Notes: a model not told the origin generated them from the sequence alone. A stretch of 44,006 bases of DNA from Minisyncoccota bacterium (GCA_041674225.1 JBAYWG010000004.1:1-44006), one strand, 5' to 3'. Shown: positions 34,955-43,843, numbered from the stretch's first letter. Made by a program: numbers and translations.

Positions 34955-36316
34955 ATGTCTAAAGATGGTTTAAGAATTCCCCCACAATCACTAGAAAGCG
35001 AGAAAGCTGCTTTGGGTTCTATTATGCTCCGTCCAGAAGCTTTGTTTGAAGTTTTCGATATTATTCACTCTGAATCTTTTTATGCAGAGCGACACCGAAA
35101 AATCTACGAGGTAATGATGGAGTTGCAGGCTCAAGGAAAACCAATCGATATTCTTTCGATGTCGAACAAGCTACAAGAAAAAGGAATGCTTGATCAAGTT
35201 GGAGGAAAAGCATATCTTGCAGAACTAACAGAAAGTGTTCCATCTTCTGCAAACGTAAAATACTATGCCGAAATTGTTCAAAAGAAATCTTTAATGCGAG
35301 GTTTGATTCAAGCATCAGATGAGATTTCAAGACTTGGATATGACGACAGCAAAGATGTAGAAGAAATTTTGGATATGGCAGAAAAAAAAGTTTTTGCTGT
35401 TACAAATCTCCCTTCTGGTAATTCAATGCAATCCATTAAAGATGGTTTGAGCGAAACTTGGGAAAGAATTGAAACATTGAGTAATTCAGAAGATTCAATT
35501 CGAGGTGTGCCGACTGGTTTTGCTAGTTTGGATAAAATGCTTTCTGGATTCCAAGCATCTGACTTAATTATTTTGGCTGCTCGACCTTCACAAGGAAAAA
35601 CATCTCTTGCTATCGATATGGCGCGTCGTGCTGCTGTGAATCACAATATTTCTGTTGGAATTTTTTCTCTCGAAATGTCATCTCAACAATTGATCGATAG
35701 AATGCTCTCTGCGCAAGCACAGGTGGATTTGTGGAAACTGCGAACAGGAAAACAATTAAGCAGCGATGACTTTGACAGTATTAGCAAAGCTTTGGATACA
35801 CTTTCAAAAGCACCTATTTATATCGATGATGAAGCTGGAAAAAGTGTTCTTGCAATGCGTTCTGTGGCACGAAGGTTGAAGAGTGAAAAAAATCTTGGAT
35901 TGATAGTGATCGACTACCTACAGCTAGCTACTCCTGCGCAAAGCAAAAACTCCGACAACATGGTGCAACAGGTAACAGAACTTTCTCGAGCTATGAAATC
36001 TATGGCAAGAGAATTAAATGTGCCAGTGCTTTGTTTGTCACAACTTTCTCGTGCAGTGGAAGCTCGTGGAGGTCGCCCTCGTCTATCCGATCTTCGAGAT
36101 TCTGGTTCTATTGAGCAAGACGCCGACGTTGTTATGTTTATTCACAACGAAAGTAAGTACAAAGACATTTCTGAAAGAAACAACATCACAGAAATTCTTA
36201 TCGAAAAGCACAGAAACGGTGCCACAGGTATGGTTGAACTATACTTTGATAATGCAAAAACATCTTTCAAGGATATTGATAAATCAGAACATGGCGCTGG
36301 TATAGATGCCTTTTAA
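34955..36316 (+). CDS. dnaB: Replicative DNA helicase
   Basis: PPQSLESEKAALGSIM N-terminus, Walker A AARPSQGKTS, VIDYLQL, SQLSRAVE and HRNGATG. ATG at 34955 is preferred over the upstream TTG at 34931. Confidence 0.93.
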   Translation: MSKDGLRIPPQSLESEKAALGSIMLRPEALFEVFDIIHSESFYAERHRKIYEVMMELQAQGKPIDILSMSNKLQEKGMLDQVGGKAYLAELTESVPSSANVKYYAEIVQKKSLMRGLIQASDEISRLGYDDSKDVEEILDMAEKKVFAVTNLPSGNSMQSIKDGLSETWERIETLSNSEDSIRGVPTGFASLDKMLSGFQASDLIILAARPSQGKTSLAIDMARRAAVNHNISVGIFSLEMSSQQLIDRMLSAQAQVDLWKLRTGKQLSSDDFDSISKALDTLSKAPIYIDDEAGKSVLAMRSVARRLKSEKNLGLIVIDYLQLATPAQSKNSDNMVQQVTELSRAMKSMARELNVPVLCLSQLSRAVEARGGRPRLSDLRDSGSIEQDADVVMFIHNESKYKDISERNNITEILIEKHRNGATGMVELYFDNAKTSFKDIDKSEHGAGIDAF

Positions 36317-36332
36317 ATAAAATGAAATTCGC

Positions 36333-36932
36333 ATGAACGATATCGATAAGTTAACAGAATATTTTAGAGAATTTCCTGGAATTGGTCCGAGACAAGCTAA
36401 AAGATTTGTATATTTTCTTTTACGAAAAAATGAACAGTACGTGCGCGAGCTAGCTACTTTAATTCCGCAGGTTCGTCGAAATGTGAGCGTCTGCCAAGAT
36501 TGTTTTAAATACTTCACAAAAAATAATAATCTGAATGTTTGTGATATTTGTTTTCAAAGTAGAGATCATTCACAACTAATGGTGGTGGCGCGAGATACTG
36601 ATTTAGAGGCAATAGAAAAAAGTGATGGATTTCATGGATACTATTTTGTATTAGGAGGTCAACTCCCTATTTTAGAAAGTGAGGCGCAAAAATTTATTAG
36701 ATTTAAAGAACTAATTGCACTAATTGAAAAGAAAAAAGAAAAAGGTTTGGCAGAAATTATTTTAGCATTAAGCGCCAATCCTGATGGCGACAATACTGCG
36801 AATTTTTTGAGAAATGAATTAGCAAGTTACAATCTTAAAATTTCTACACTTGGAAGAGGTCTTTCAACTGGTTCAGAGTTGGAGTATGCAGATAAAGATA
36901 CAATCAAGAATGCTCTGGAGAATAGAAAGTAA
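36333..36932 (+). CDS. recR: Recombination protein RecR
   Basis: 199 aa. FPGIGPRQAKRF helix-hairpin-helix, C4 zinc finger (CQDCFKYF...CDIC) and a Toprim region. Confidence 0.92.
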   Translation: MNDIDKLTEYFREFPGIGPRQAKRFVYFLLRKNEQYVRELATLIPQVRRNVSVCQDCFKYFTKNNNLNVCDICFQSRDHSQLMVVARDTDLEAIEKSDGFHGYYFVLGGQLPILESEAQKFIRFKELIALIEKKKEKGLAEIILALSANPDGDNTANFLRNELASYNLKISTLGRGLSTGSELEYADKDTIKNALENRK

Positions 36933-36944
36933 ATAAAGTACAAC

Positions 36945-36980
36945 AAAAAAGACCGGCGCCTGCGGCGCCGGTCCTTTTTA
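36945..36980. terminator. Bidirectional terminator between recR and rplU
   Basis: AAAAAA-GACCGGCGCC-TGC-GGCGCCGGTC-CTTTTTA, a 10-bp GC-rich perfect stem. Confidence 0.9.
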
Positions 36981-36986
36981 ATTTTA

Positions 36987-37355
36987 TTAAATAGTCAAAA
37001 TCTTAATTTTGAAAAAAGGTTGCTTGTGTCCAAGTTTCTTGAAATATCGAGTCTTAGCTTTGTATTTAACAACATCAACTTTTGGAAGTCTTCCGATTTC
37101 AATAACTTGAGCTGTAACTTTTTCTCCAGAAAGATGTGGTGCTCCAACTAGAGTTTCTTTACCGTTGTCTTTTAATAGAACTTTATCGAAAGTAATTTTG
37201 TCTCCAACTTTGCTTCCGTCTGTTAATTTTTCGATTTTTACTTCATCTCCAACAAAAACAAGGTATTGTTTTCCACCTGTTTCGATTACAGCAAAATCCC
37301 CCGCTTTTTTAGCGTTTTTAACCACTTTTTTAACCTCTGTTTTTGCTTCTGTCAT
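36987..37355 (-). CDS. rplU: 50S ribosomal protein L21 (short Lys-rich N-terminal extension)
   Basis: FAVIETGGKQYLVFVGDEVKIEKL and KTRYFKKLGHKQPFFKIKI are canonical L21 blocks. Confidence 0.9.
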   Translation of the reverse strand: MTEAKTEVKKVVKNAKKAGDFAVIETGGKQYLVFVGDEVKIEKLTDGSKVGDKITFDKVLLKDNGKETLVGAPHLSGEKVTAQVIEIGRLPKVDVVKYKAKTRYFKKLGHKQPFFKIKILTI

Positions 37356-37436
37356 AAGTCACACTATTCTACATAAATACTAGTTTTTTGCAATATGCGT
37401 ATTCTATATTAGTGTAAATTATTTAGTTGACACTAT

Positions 37437-37625
37437 ATGAAAAAAGTGATACAGTATTATTTAATGAGTAAGAGTAATAGAGATGTTCTTTTAGGAATGA
37501 TGATTCAATGTATCATACTTGTCGGACTATGTCTGATACTGGAAAAGCCAATTGAATCAGGTCATCTGATCAGCAATGCAATGATTCTCTTGTCAATTTT
37601 CATTCTAATACCCAAGAAAAATTGA
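37437..37625 (+). CDS. Possible small hydrophobic protein (62 aa)
   Basis: Two hydrophobic segments. Immediately followed by a strong terminator (37643-37678). No clear promoter or RBS seen. Confidence 0.35.
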   Translation: MKKVIQYYLMSKSNRDVLLGMMIQCIILVGLCLILEKPIESGHLISNAMILLSIFILIPKKN

Positions 37626-37642
37626 ACAAGGAACATCGCATC

Positions 37643-37678
37643 AAAAAGCCCCTATTTCGGTAGGGGCTTTTTTTCTTT
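37643..37678 (+). terminator. Terminator after 37437-37625
   Basis: AAAAAGCCCCTA-TTTCGG-TAGGGGCTTTTTTTCTTTT. Confidence 0.85.
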
Positions 37679-37709
37679 TATATAATCTTAAATCATAAAT
37701 TAAATTAAA

Positions 37710-37738
37710 TTGACTTTTATTGAAAAATGTGTTAATGT
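37710..37738 (+). promoter_or_regulatory. Possible promoter for 37792-38304
   Basis: TTGACT (37710-37715), 17-nt spacer, TAATGT (37733-37738). The -10 is weak. Confidence 0.3.
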
Positions 37739-37791
37739 TGTAGTAAATTCGAGGCAAAATATCTCGACCAAACAAAACAAAAGCTCATTAC

Positions 37792-38304
37792 ATGAAAAAC
37801 ACCACACACCTCATCTACATTGCAATCATCATTGCACTCTTGGTCTTCAAGTCCAACAATCCAGTCATCCAGATCGAGGACAACAATGTCAGCACTGTGT
37901 TCGAATCTGATGTGTTCTATGCTTACATCGAACCAAACGATCCGACCGTTCATATTGTGGACGAGTACCAACCAGAAATCGAATACCGCGAAATCGGTCG
38001 CATCGACTACCCTTTTGTAAAAGGAACCAACAAGATGCTGGTTGCCATCAATGGCAAAACCGAAAAGCACCAGTGGATCTGGGATATGTACTCATTCAGT
38101 CACATGAAAGGTCATGAGATGGAGTCCATTTACCGGATCGATGTGATTCCTGACGAATATCAACTCGCAGTACACGAACACAACAAGGCTCATCCGGAAG
38201 GTAAGGGTCGTATTGGTGAAGTAATTGTCCGAGGTCTGTTTTCGAAAGACCAAAAGACAAAGATGTACAGCAGTGGCCTAGGTGTAGACTTCGATCAATT
38301 TTGA
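37792..38304 (+). CDS. Hypothetical N-terminally anchored protein
   Basis: 170 aa with one N-terminal TM (LIYIAIIIALLVF). GC-richer than the flanks. Bracketed by terminators at 37643 and 38334. Confidence 0.55.
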   Translation: MKNTTHLIYIAIIIALLVFKSNNPVIQIEDNNVSTVFESDVFYAYIEPNDPTVHIVDEYQPEIEYREIGRIDYPFVKGTNKMLVAINGKTEKHQWIWDMYSFSHMKGHEMESIYRIDVIPDEYQLAVHEHNKAHPEGKGRIGEVIVRGLFSKDQKTKMYSSGLGVDFDQF

Positions 38305-38333
38305 GTCCAACACCAAATCCTTAAACCTCACAG

Positions 38334-38366
38334 AAAACCCCACGGTTATCTGTGGGGTTTTCTTTT
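38334..38366. terminator. Bidirectional terminator between 37792-38304 and rmuC
   Basis: AAAACCCCACGG-TTAT-CTGTGGGGTTTTCTTTT. Confidence 0.85.
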
Positions 38367-38368
38367 AT

Positions 38369-39418
38369 TTAATCCTCATCCGGTTTATCCAACTTAGGCA
38401 AATCCAACTCCATCGTCGTATCCGTAATCTTCAAAATATCTTTATCAATCTTTCCGAACTCTTTGTTTGAATTGTTGTAATGATTCACGGCGGTTCCCAA
38501 AGTATTTCCTAGCTTGCTGTGATATTCCTCGTACGCTTTCAAATGTTTTTGAAGCTCACTCACATATTTAATAATTTCTTGCGCAGACTCTTCGATTTTA
38601 AAAGCTTTGAAACCATAGAGCACCGATTGCAAATACGCAGAAAAAGTTGTCGGAGAAACGATAATTACTTTTTTGTCGTTGTACGCATAATCAATCAAAC
38701 TTCGTGTGTTCACTTTTATCGCACCTACTTCATTTATCAAAAGATCATAATAAATTCCCTCGGCTGGAATATACATAAAAGCAAAAGGTAAAGTCCCTTC
38801 ATTTGTACGAATATATTTTGCAGTTTCATCAATTCTTTTTTTCAAATCGTTTCTGAATTCTTTTTCCAAAACTTCTCTTTCAGCATCACTTGTTGAATTA
38901 ATAATTCGATTGTAATTATCCAAACTAAACTTTGCGTCCACTGGAATAATTCCCTCTTTTGTCATGATTACTGCATCCACTGCGTCGTTGTTATTGAAAC
39001 GATATTGCATTTTGTAATTTGTCGGAGAAAGAATATTGCTCAAAATTAATTCCAAACTTGCTTCACCTAAATTCCCTCTTTGCTTTTGGTGCTTCAAAAC
39101 TTTTTCTAGATTTTGAAGTTGATCTGCAATTGTGAAAACTTGTTTCGAAGCTTCTGTTGATTCGGTCATGCTTTTTGAAACATCCATCAATCTTCGAAGC
39201 ATTTGTTCGCTCATATCTCCCAGCTTCGCATCTATAGTTCGGTTTGATTCATTTAATTGTTGAAGAAGCATTTTCATTCCAGCTTCTGTCTTTGCACCTT
39301 GCTCAATATCGCCATTTTTATTTGCATTTTGTCCGTTGAAAAATTTAACGAAAAACATCGCGACAACGGCTAATAAAATTATTAAAATAACGAGCAGAAT
39401 GATTAAAATTGTTTCCAT
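38369..39418 (-). CDS. rmuC: DNA recombination protein RmuC
   Basis: N-terminal TM (ILIILLVILIILLAVVAMFFV), a coiled coil, then the conserved C-terminal block (DAVDAVI...PVDAKFSL..., MYIPAEGIYY). ATG at 39418 is preferred because the longer ORF (to 39487) would overlap the divergent yqeY-like start. Confidence 0.85.
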   Translation of the reverse strand: METILIILLVILIILLAVVAMFFVKFFNGQNANKNGDIEQGAKTEAGMKMLLQQLNESNRTIDAKLGDMSEQMLRRLMDVSKSMTESTEASKQVFTIADQLQNLEKVLKHQKQRGNLGEASLELILSNILSPTNYKMQYRFNNNDAVDAVIMTKEGIIPVDAKFSLDNYNRIINSTSDAEREVLEKEFRNDLKKRIDETAKYIRTNEGTLPFAFMYIPAEGIYYDLLINEVGAIKVNTRSLIDYAYNDKKVIIVSPTTFSAYLQSVLYGFKAFKIEESAQEIIKYVSELQKHLKAYEEYHSKLGNTLGTAVNHYNNSNKEFGKIDKDILKITDTTMELDLPKLDKPDED

Positions 39419-39468
39419 TGTTCGGACATTATAACATGTGCTAAAATAGCCTTCTAACAATAAACAAC

Positions 39469-39921
39469 ATGTCATATATTGAAACAATCCGAGAAGATTT
39501 AAAAAACGCGATGAGAAACAAAGAAGCAGAAAAACTTACAACTCTGCGTGGACTTATTGCTGGTTTTACAAACGAACTAGTAGCGTCAGGGCAAACTCCC
39601 CAATCTGAAGTTACAGATGAAATAGTGCTGACTGTTTTAAAGAAACAAGCTAAACAAAGAAAAGATGCTATCGAACAATTCACAGCAGGAGGACGAGATG
39701 ATTTAGTTGCCAATGAAAAAGCTGAGCTGGCTGTAATCGGCGCATACTTGCCTGCCACAATGTCTCACGACGAAATCCGAGTAATAGCAGAATCAAAGAA
39801 AGCTGAGCTAGGAGTGACTGATAAAGCTGGTATGGGAAAACTTATGGGTGCGATCATTTCTGAATTGAAAGATAAAGCTGATGGAGGTGATGTGAAGTCG
39901 GTTGTGGAGAGTTTGTTTTAA
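39469..39921 (+). CDS. GatB/YqeY domain protein
   Basis: 150 aa. IREDLKNAMRNKEAEKLTTLRGL..., KQRKDAIEQF and MGKLMGAI are typical of YqeY. Confidence 0.85.
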   Translation: MSYIETIREDLKNAMRNKEAEKLTTLRGLIAGFTNELVASGQTPQSEVTDEIVLTVLKKQAKQRKDAIEQFTAGGRDDLVANEKAELAVIGAYLPATMSHDEIRVIAESKKAELGVTDKAGMGKLMGAIISELKDKADGGDVKSVVESLF

Positions 39922-39978
39922 TTTTTTCAAAAACAAATTTGTGGACTTTTGAGCTTGTTTGTGGTTTAATAATAACAA

Positions 39979-40311
39979 ATGCACACTCAAAATGCTCTCG
40001 ATTGGAGCAACACTGTTAGCAGAATTGCTGACGATGTTGCTAAACATTGGAAAAATAACACCAAACAACCCATTCTTCAAACTTATTATTCTGTTGTGAA
40101 TAAAAATTATTCACAATTTGCTGATGACGAAGAAATGAGAAGCGCAGTCATGTCGAATCTCAGTCGTCGTGCTAACCAAAAAAGAAGGTCTCGACAAACC
40201 TTCTTCAACAGCAAGAAACGTTTCCGAGAATGGCTTAACGAACCATCACAAATCAAAGACGCGATAACTGCGGCCAATGAACGCCACGACTATCTGCTCG
40301 TTGATCCGTGA
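39979..40311 (+). CDS. Hypothetical basic protein
   Basis: 110-aa ORF with a central RRANQKRRSRQ stretch. Has its own terminator at 40326-40360. Confidence 0.5.
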   Translation: MHTQNALDWSNTVSRIADDVAKHWKNNTKQPILQTYYSVVNKNYSQFADDEEMRSAVMSNLSRRANQKRRSRQTFFNSKKRFREWLNEPSQIKDAITAANERHDYLLVDP

Positions 40312-40325
40312 AAATGGTTCACTAT

Positions 40326-40360
40326 AAGGGAGGACTTCAAACTCCCTTTTTTCTTTTTTA
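40326..40360 (+). terminator. Terminator after 39979-40311
   Basis: AAGGGAG-9 nt-CTCCCTT followed by TTTTCTTTTTT. Confidence 0.75.
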
Positions 40361-40383
40361 AAACATTGCTATATTAGTGCCAC

Positions 40384-40455
40384 GGCCCTATCGTCTAACG
40401 GTTAGGACATCGCCTTCTCAAGGCGGTAATCAGAGTTCGATTCTCTGTAGGGTCA
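40384..40455 (+). tRNA. tRNA-Glu (anticodon CUC), CCA not encoded
   Basis: Hand-folded cloverleaf. Acceptor GGCCCTA/TAGGGTC (one G-U pair). D arm GTC-TAACGGTTAG-GAC. Anticodon stem TCGCC/GGCGG with loop TTCTCAA. Variable loop TAAT. T arm CAGAG-TTCGATT-CTCTG. Discriminator A. Confidence 0.9.
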
Positions 40456-40573
40456 CACTAAATCCAAACTACGCCACAAATATTGGAATTTATTAAGTTA
40501 CATGTTATGTTTGTGGACGAATTATCCCTACCCAAACAAAACCCAAAGGGGTAAATGAACAAAAAACATACAT

Positions 40574-41302
40574 ATGTCCACGCAAACGAACTATCCCAAG
40601 ACTACCCTTCCAAAATCAAAGGAAGAGGCAATAGAAAGACTCCAAAAACTTGAGGACGACATCACACTCATCAACTTAAGGCTCGAGCTCACTGTGGTCT
40701 TCGACTACAAGAGTGAGGAAGAGTATCAAATTTGGCGTAAACGTGCGATATCGGCTCTTCTACACAAGACGAAGGAGGTTATGCTTTTGGGTCGATTCAT
40801 CAAGCCTGTGGAATACCAGGAAAATGAATCGATTGAAACTGACATTGAGGATTTGAAAAAATTCGTGTCAGAAAGACTGGAAGATCTGAACTACCGTCGT
40901 CAATACTTCGATATATCTGAAATGCCAAACGATCTCACTGAACTTGATATCCGAAGAATTGACTTGATCAATATCAAGAAGGTCGTGATGAGTATTTCTA
41001 AAGATCTTCGACTCTTTGCTCTTGATATTTTCTGCACTGCTGAAGACATCAATATTGCAAGAAAGCCAATAGTCGATGTACTTAATTCAATCGAATTAGA
41101 GTTTTCAGTGATCAAGCAGAAGAGAATCCTCGTTGCACAAATGAACAATGAAGATACACAAGCGGTTCGAAGAGTCACAGGGAAAAGTGCACTGAGCATC
41201 ATCCGTTTTTTGTTTGAACTTGTGAGTAGAAATCCGGAAACAACCAAATCACTTGGTCTGAAGGAATATGAACTTCTGATGAAGATCGGAAAATTGTTTT
41301 AA
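40574..41302 (+). CDS. Hypothetical protein (predicted largely helical/coiled coil)
   Basis: 242-aa ORF, GC-richer than the flanks, with no motif recognised. Terminator at 41355-41384. Confidence 0.55.
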   Translation: MSTQTNYPKTTLPKSKEEAIERLQKLEDDITLINLRLELTVVFDYKSEEEYQIWRKRAISALLHKTKEVMLLGRFIKPVEYQENESIETDIEDLKKFVSERLEDLNYRRQYFDISEMPNDLTELDIRRIDLINIKKVVMSISKDLRLFALDIFCTAEDINIARKPIVDVLNSIELEFSVIKQKRILVAQMNNEDTQAVRRVTGKSALSIIRFLFELVSRNPETTKSLGLKEYELLMKIGKLF

Positions 41303-41354
41303 ACAATATCGCCTGCAGACATGACTACTGGGAAGTCTAAAACAACTTCACTTT

Positions 41355-41384
41355 GCCACCGACCCAGCGGTGGCTTTTTCTTTA
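41355..41384 (+). terminator. Terminator after 40574-41302
   Basis: GCCACCG-ACCCAG-CGGTGGC, then TTTTTCTTT. Confidence 0.8.
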
Positions 41385-41410
41385 TATAATCTATAATAGT
41401 TTTGATCACA

Positions 41411-41450
41411 AAAATAAAAAATCCGTTTTCATCTAAAGATGAAAACGGAT
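41411..41450 (-). terminator. Terminator of 41460-41948
   Basis: ATCCGTTTTCATC-TAAA-GATGAAAACGGAT (13-bp perfect stem). On the minus strand it is followed by TTTTTATTTT. Confidence 0.9.
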
Positions 41451-41459
41451 CGGTTTGAT

Positions 41460-41948
41460 TTAATTTTTGCCTTCCAAAAAAAGTTTCCTAACAGCTGCCA
41501 GAAGATCTTGTGATTCTTGTTGCTGTTTTAAAGTAATCTCGTTTTCTTCAAAAATGCGGCCCGCTATATTTTGTACTACTGTCACATTTCCATTTGTGAA
41601 AGTTACAATAGAACCGGCGTATCCAAATGACGGACAGACATTAATAGTCTCAGTGTTTTGGCCTCCAGTATGAATCGATTTGTGATAAAAAACACTAACT
41701 CTTTGATCACTAACAAATTGAAGATTAGAAAAATTACCAATGCGCATCCTTTTAGGAACACCATCTACAATAATTCTCCAAGAAGTCTGCTCACTAATAA
41801 GGTTTGCAAGCTCTTGAAGGCTTAAGCTTTTGATCCCTATTCCCGAAGACTTTGAGCGAATCATATAAATGATAGAAAAAGCTACAAAGATGCAGATGAT
41901 CACCACTACTACAGAATTTTGAATGTTCATACTTTTAAAGAAAACCAT
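41460..41948 (-). CDS. Hypothetical N-terminally anchored protein
   Basis: 162 aa with one TM (VVVVIICIFVAFSIIYMI). 13-bp-stem terminator at 41411-41450. Confidence 0.55.
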   Translation of the reverse strand: MVFFKSMNIQNSVVVVIICIFVAFSIIYMIRSKSSGIGIKSLSLQELANLISEQTSWRIIVDGVPKRMRIGNFSNLQFVSDQRVSVFYHKSIHTGGQNTETINVCPSFGYAGSIVTFTNGNVTVVQNIAGRIFEENEITLKQQQESQDLLAAVRKLFLEGKN

Positions 41949-41969
41949 ATTGCATAATACTTGTCAATT

Positions 41970-42007
41970 AAAAGAAAAAGAGCCTGCGACACGAACGTCA
42001 CAGACTC
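41970..42007 (-). terminator. Terminator of 42021-42482
   Basis: Minus-strand RNA GAGUCUGUGAC-GUUCGU-GUCGCAGGCUC (11 bp including two G-U pairs), then UUUUUCUUUU. Confidence 0.75.
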
Positions 42008-42020
42008 AAATACTGGTGGC

Positions 42021-42482
42021 TTAACTCCGCAATGTTGCGATAAGAATCTCCGGTTCAATCAGAAAATCCAAAGCATTAATTATTGTTGGAATCACAATGT
42101 CTGAATTCAAAAAAGTCTGAGTGTGAACACCTTCAGCTTGAAGAGTTACGATACGAAGTTTTACTACCTTCATAAGTTCCAAATCAATCAATCCGTTACC
42201 GATGGCAACACAAGTCTCTGGTTCGAGTTTAAGAGCTTCATCTCGCTTAGCGATTCCATTTTCTGCGAGAATCCATTCGATTCCTAACTTAGATGCAATT
42301 TTATCTGCATTACCACGAGTGTTGCCTGTAAAAAACAGGATTCTGTATCCACGATTTTTGAGCGCAACTATCCGATCATCAATACCGTCTGGAATCCGCC
42401 CCTTCACAGTAAGCGTTCCATTCAGATCAAGGATGATGGTTTTGAGTTCCAAATCACCCACTCCAGGAATTTTGTATATCAT
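42021..42482 (-). CDS. HAD-superfamily protein (soluble P-type-ATPase-like, COG4087-type)
   Basis: 153 aa. Motif I is ILDLNGTL (D-x-N instead of D-x-D), then FFTGN and a GNGLID motif III-like block. Confidence 0.7.
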   Translation of the reverse strand: MIYKIPGVGDLELKTIILDLNGTLTVKGRIPDGIDDRIVALKNRGYRILFFTGNTRGNADKIASKLGIEWILAENGIAKRDEALKLEPETCVAIGNGLIDLELMKVVKLRIVTLQAEGVHTQTFLNSDIVIPTIINALDFLIEPEILIATLRS

Positions 42483-42605
42483 TTGTTTATGTTTTGAGTT
42501 TTGTTGTTCTTATGTCTTCATGAAAACTACTATTATTTCCGTTCCCCGTCCAGTTTCCTTAACTCGCTCAATATGTTAAAAAGTAGACAGAAAGGACAAT
42601 TTACC

Positions 42606-43064
42606 ATGCACAAAGTACCCGAATTACCCGCAGGAGTAATGGTGTTCATCTTCTGCGAGGACAAAATCCACCTAATTCACAGAGATAATAAAGCAGGCAT
42701 CAGCCTACCTAACACATACTCTCCTGTTACGGGTGGTGTAAAAATTAATGAAACTTATTCTCAAGCAATCGAAAGAGAACTCAGAGATGAGACAGGGTTA
42801 GTTTTTCAAGACATTGTTTCAATTGGAGAATCTGAAAAAAGAAATTGCTTCTTCTTTTTAAGAATTACACCAGAAGTAAAAGAGACAATCATTCTTGGTG
42901 AAGGTCAGGCATTTGGTTTTTATGGAATAGATGAAATTCCAACAACCATAGCAGGAGCATTTAAGAAATACTTCGAAGCATACCCTGAAGTTTTCCGCAG
43001 AATGTTTGAAGACATAAACTTCGTTCCAACAACAGAAGATCTTTGGCCCAAAGAACTCAAATAA
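42606..43064 (+). CDS. Nudix hydrolase
   Basis: Nudix box GGVKINETYSQAIERELRDETGL (Gx5Ex7REUxEExGU). ATG at 42606 has AAAGGA 9 nt upstream. The ORF track extends to 42501. Confidence 0.85.
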   Translation: MHKVPELPAGVMVFIFCEDKIHLIHRDNKAGISLPNTYSPVTGGVKINETYSQAIERELRDETGLVFQDIVSIGESEKRNCFFFLRITPEVKETIILGEGQAFGFYGIDEIPTTIAGAFKKYFEAYPEVFRRMFEDINFVPTTEDLWPKELK

Positions 43065-43069
43065 TATTT

Positions 43070-43100
43070 AACCCGACTCTTTGTTGAGTCGGGTTTTTTC
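43070..43100 (+). terminator. Terminator after the Nudix gene
   Basis: ACCCGACTC-TTTGTT-GAGTCGGGT, then TTTTTC. Confidence 0.85.
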
Positions 43101-43128
43101 TTTGGCAAAAAAATGTTATTTTACTTGG

Positions 43129-43839
43129 ATGCAAGCAATAATATTAGCCGCCGGTCTGGGCACAAGGATGGGAGCTCTCACAAAAAACACCCCTAAACCG
43201 ATGCTAAAAATTTTAAATAAAAATCTATTGGAATTGAAAATAAATAATCTTCCAGATGAAATCACTGAGGTAATTTTAGTTGTTGGTTATAAATCTGATG
43301 TAATAAAAAAATATTTCAAAGAAAGTTTTAATAATAAAAAAATAATTTACGTAGAAGATTCCACACTCACTGGTACTGCTCATGCTTTATGGCAAACAAA
43401 AAATCTACTAAAAAATAAATTTATTGTAATGATGGGAGATGATATTTATAACAAAACTTCGATTGCAGAATGTGCAAAAAATCCTTTGAGTATTTGTTGC
43501 AAAATTGTTCAAGAAAAAGATCGTGGTGACAGAGTTATTTTGAAAAAAAATAATTTATCTGGATTTACAACTCAAACAAAAAATTTATATTTAAAAAAAC
43601 CAAGCACTCTTGCATTCACTGGAATGTATTGTTTAACAAAAGAAATTTTTAGATATAAACCTGTAAAATTACAGACTAGAGACGAATGGGGTCTACCACA
43701 AACTCTTTTAAAAGTAGCCAGCAAGAAAAAAATCAAGATAATCAAAACCAATCACTGGGTTCAAATCAGTTCTCCTGAAGATTTAAAAGACGCTGAAAAA
43801 ATATTAAAGAAGTGGCCTAAAAATGAACTTTTAATTTAA
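43129..43839 (+). CDS. Sugar-phosphate nucleotidyltransferase (NTP_transferase family)
   Basis: N-terminal MQAIILAAGLGTRMG (GxGTR loop). About 236 aa. ATG at 43129 is preferred because the ORF-track TTG at 43081 lies inside the upstream terminator hairpin. Very AT-rich. Confidence 0.8.
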   Translation: MQAIILAAGLGTRMGALTKNTPKPMLKILNKNLLELKINNLPDEITEVILVVGYKSDVIKKYFKESFNNKKIIYVEDSTLTGTAHALWQTKNLLKNKFIVMMGDDIYNKTSIAECAKNPLSICCKIVQEKDRGDRVILKKNNLSGFTTQTKNLYLKKPSTLAFTGMYCLTKEIFRYKPVKLQTRDEWGLPQTLLKVASKKKIKIIKTNHWVQISSPEDLKDAEKILKKWPKNELLI

Positions 43840-43843
43840 TTTT

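Noticed and set aside
40384-41948. tRNA-Glu followed by unknown genes, considered as a tRNA-targeted integrated element
   Set aside because: There is no integrase gene. I could find no direct repeat of the tRNA 3' end downstream, only a 9-nt TTCGATTCC match at 42286, which is not significant. The cassettes are covered by the more general accessory-cassette observation.
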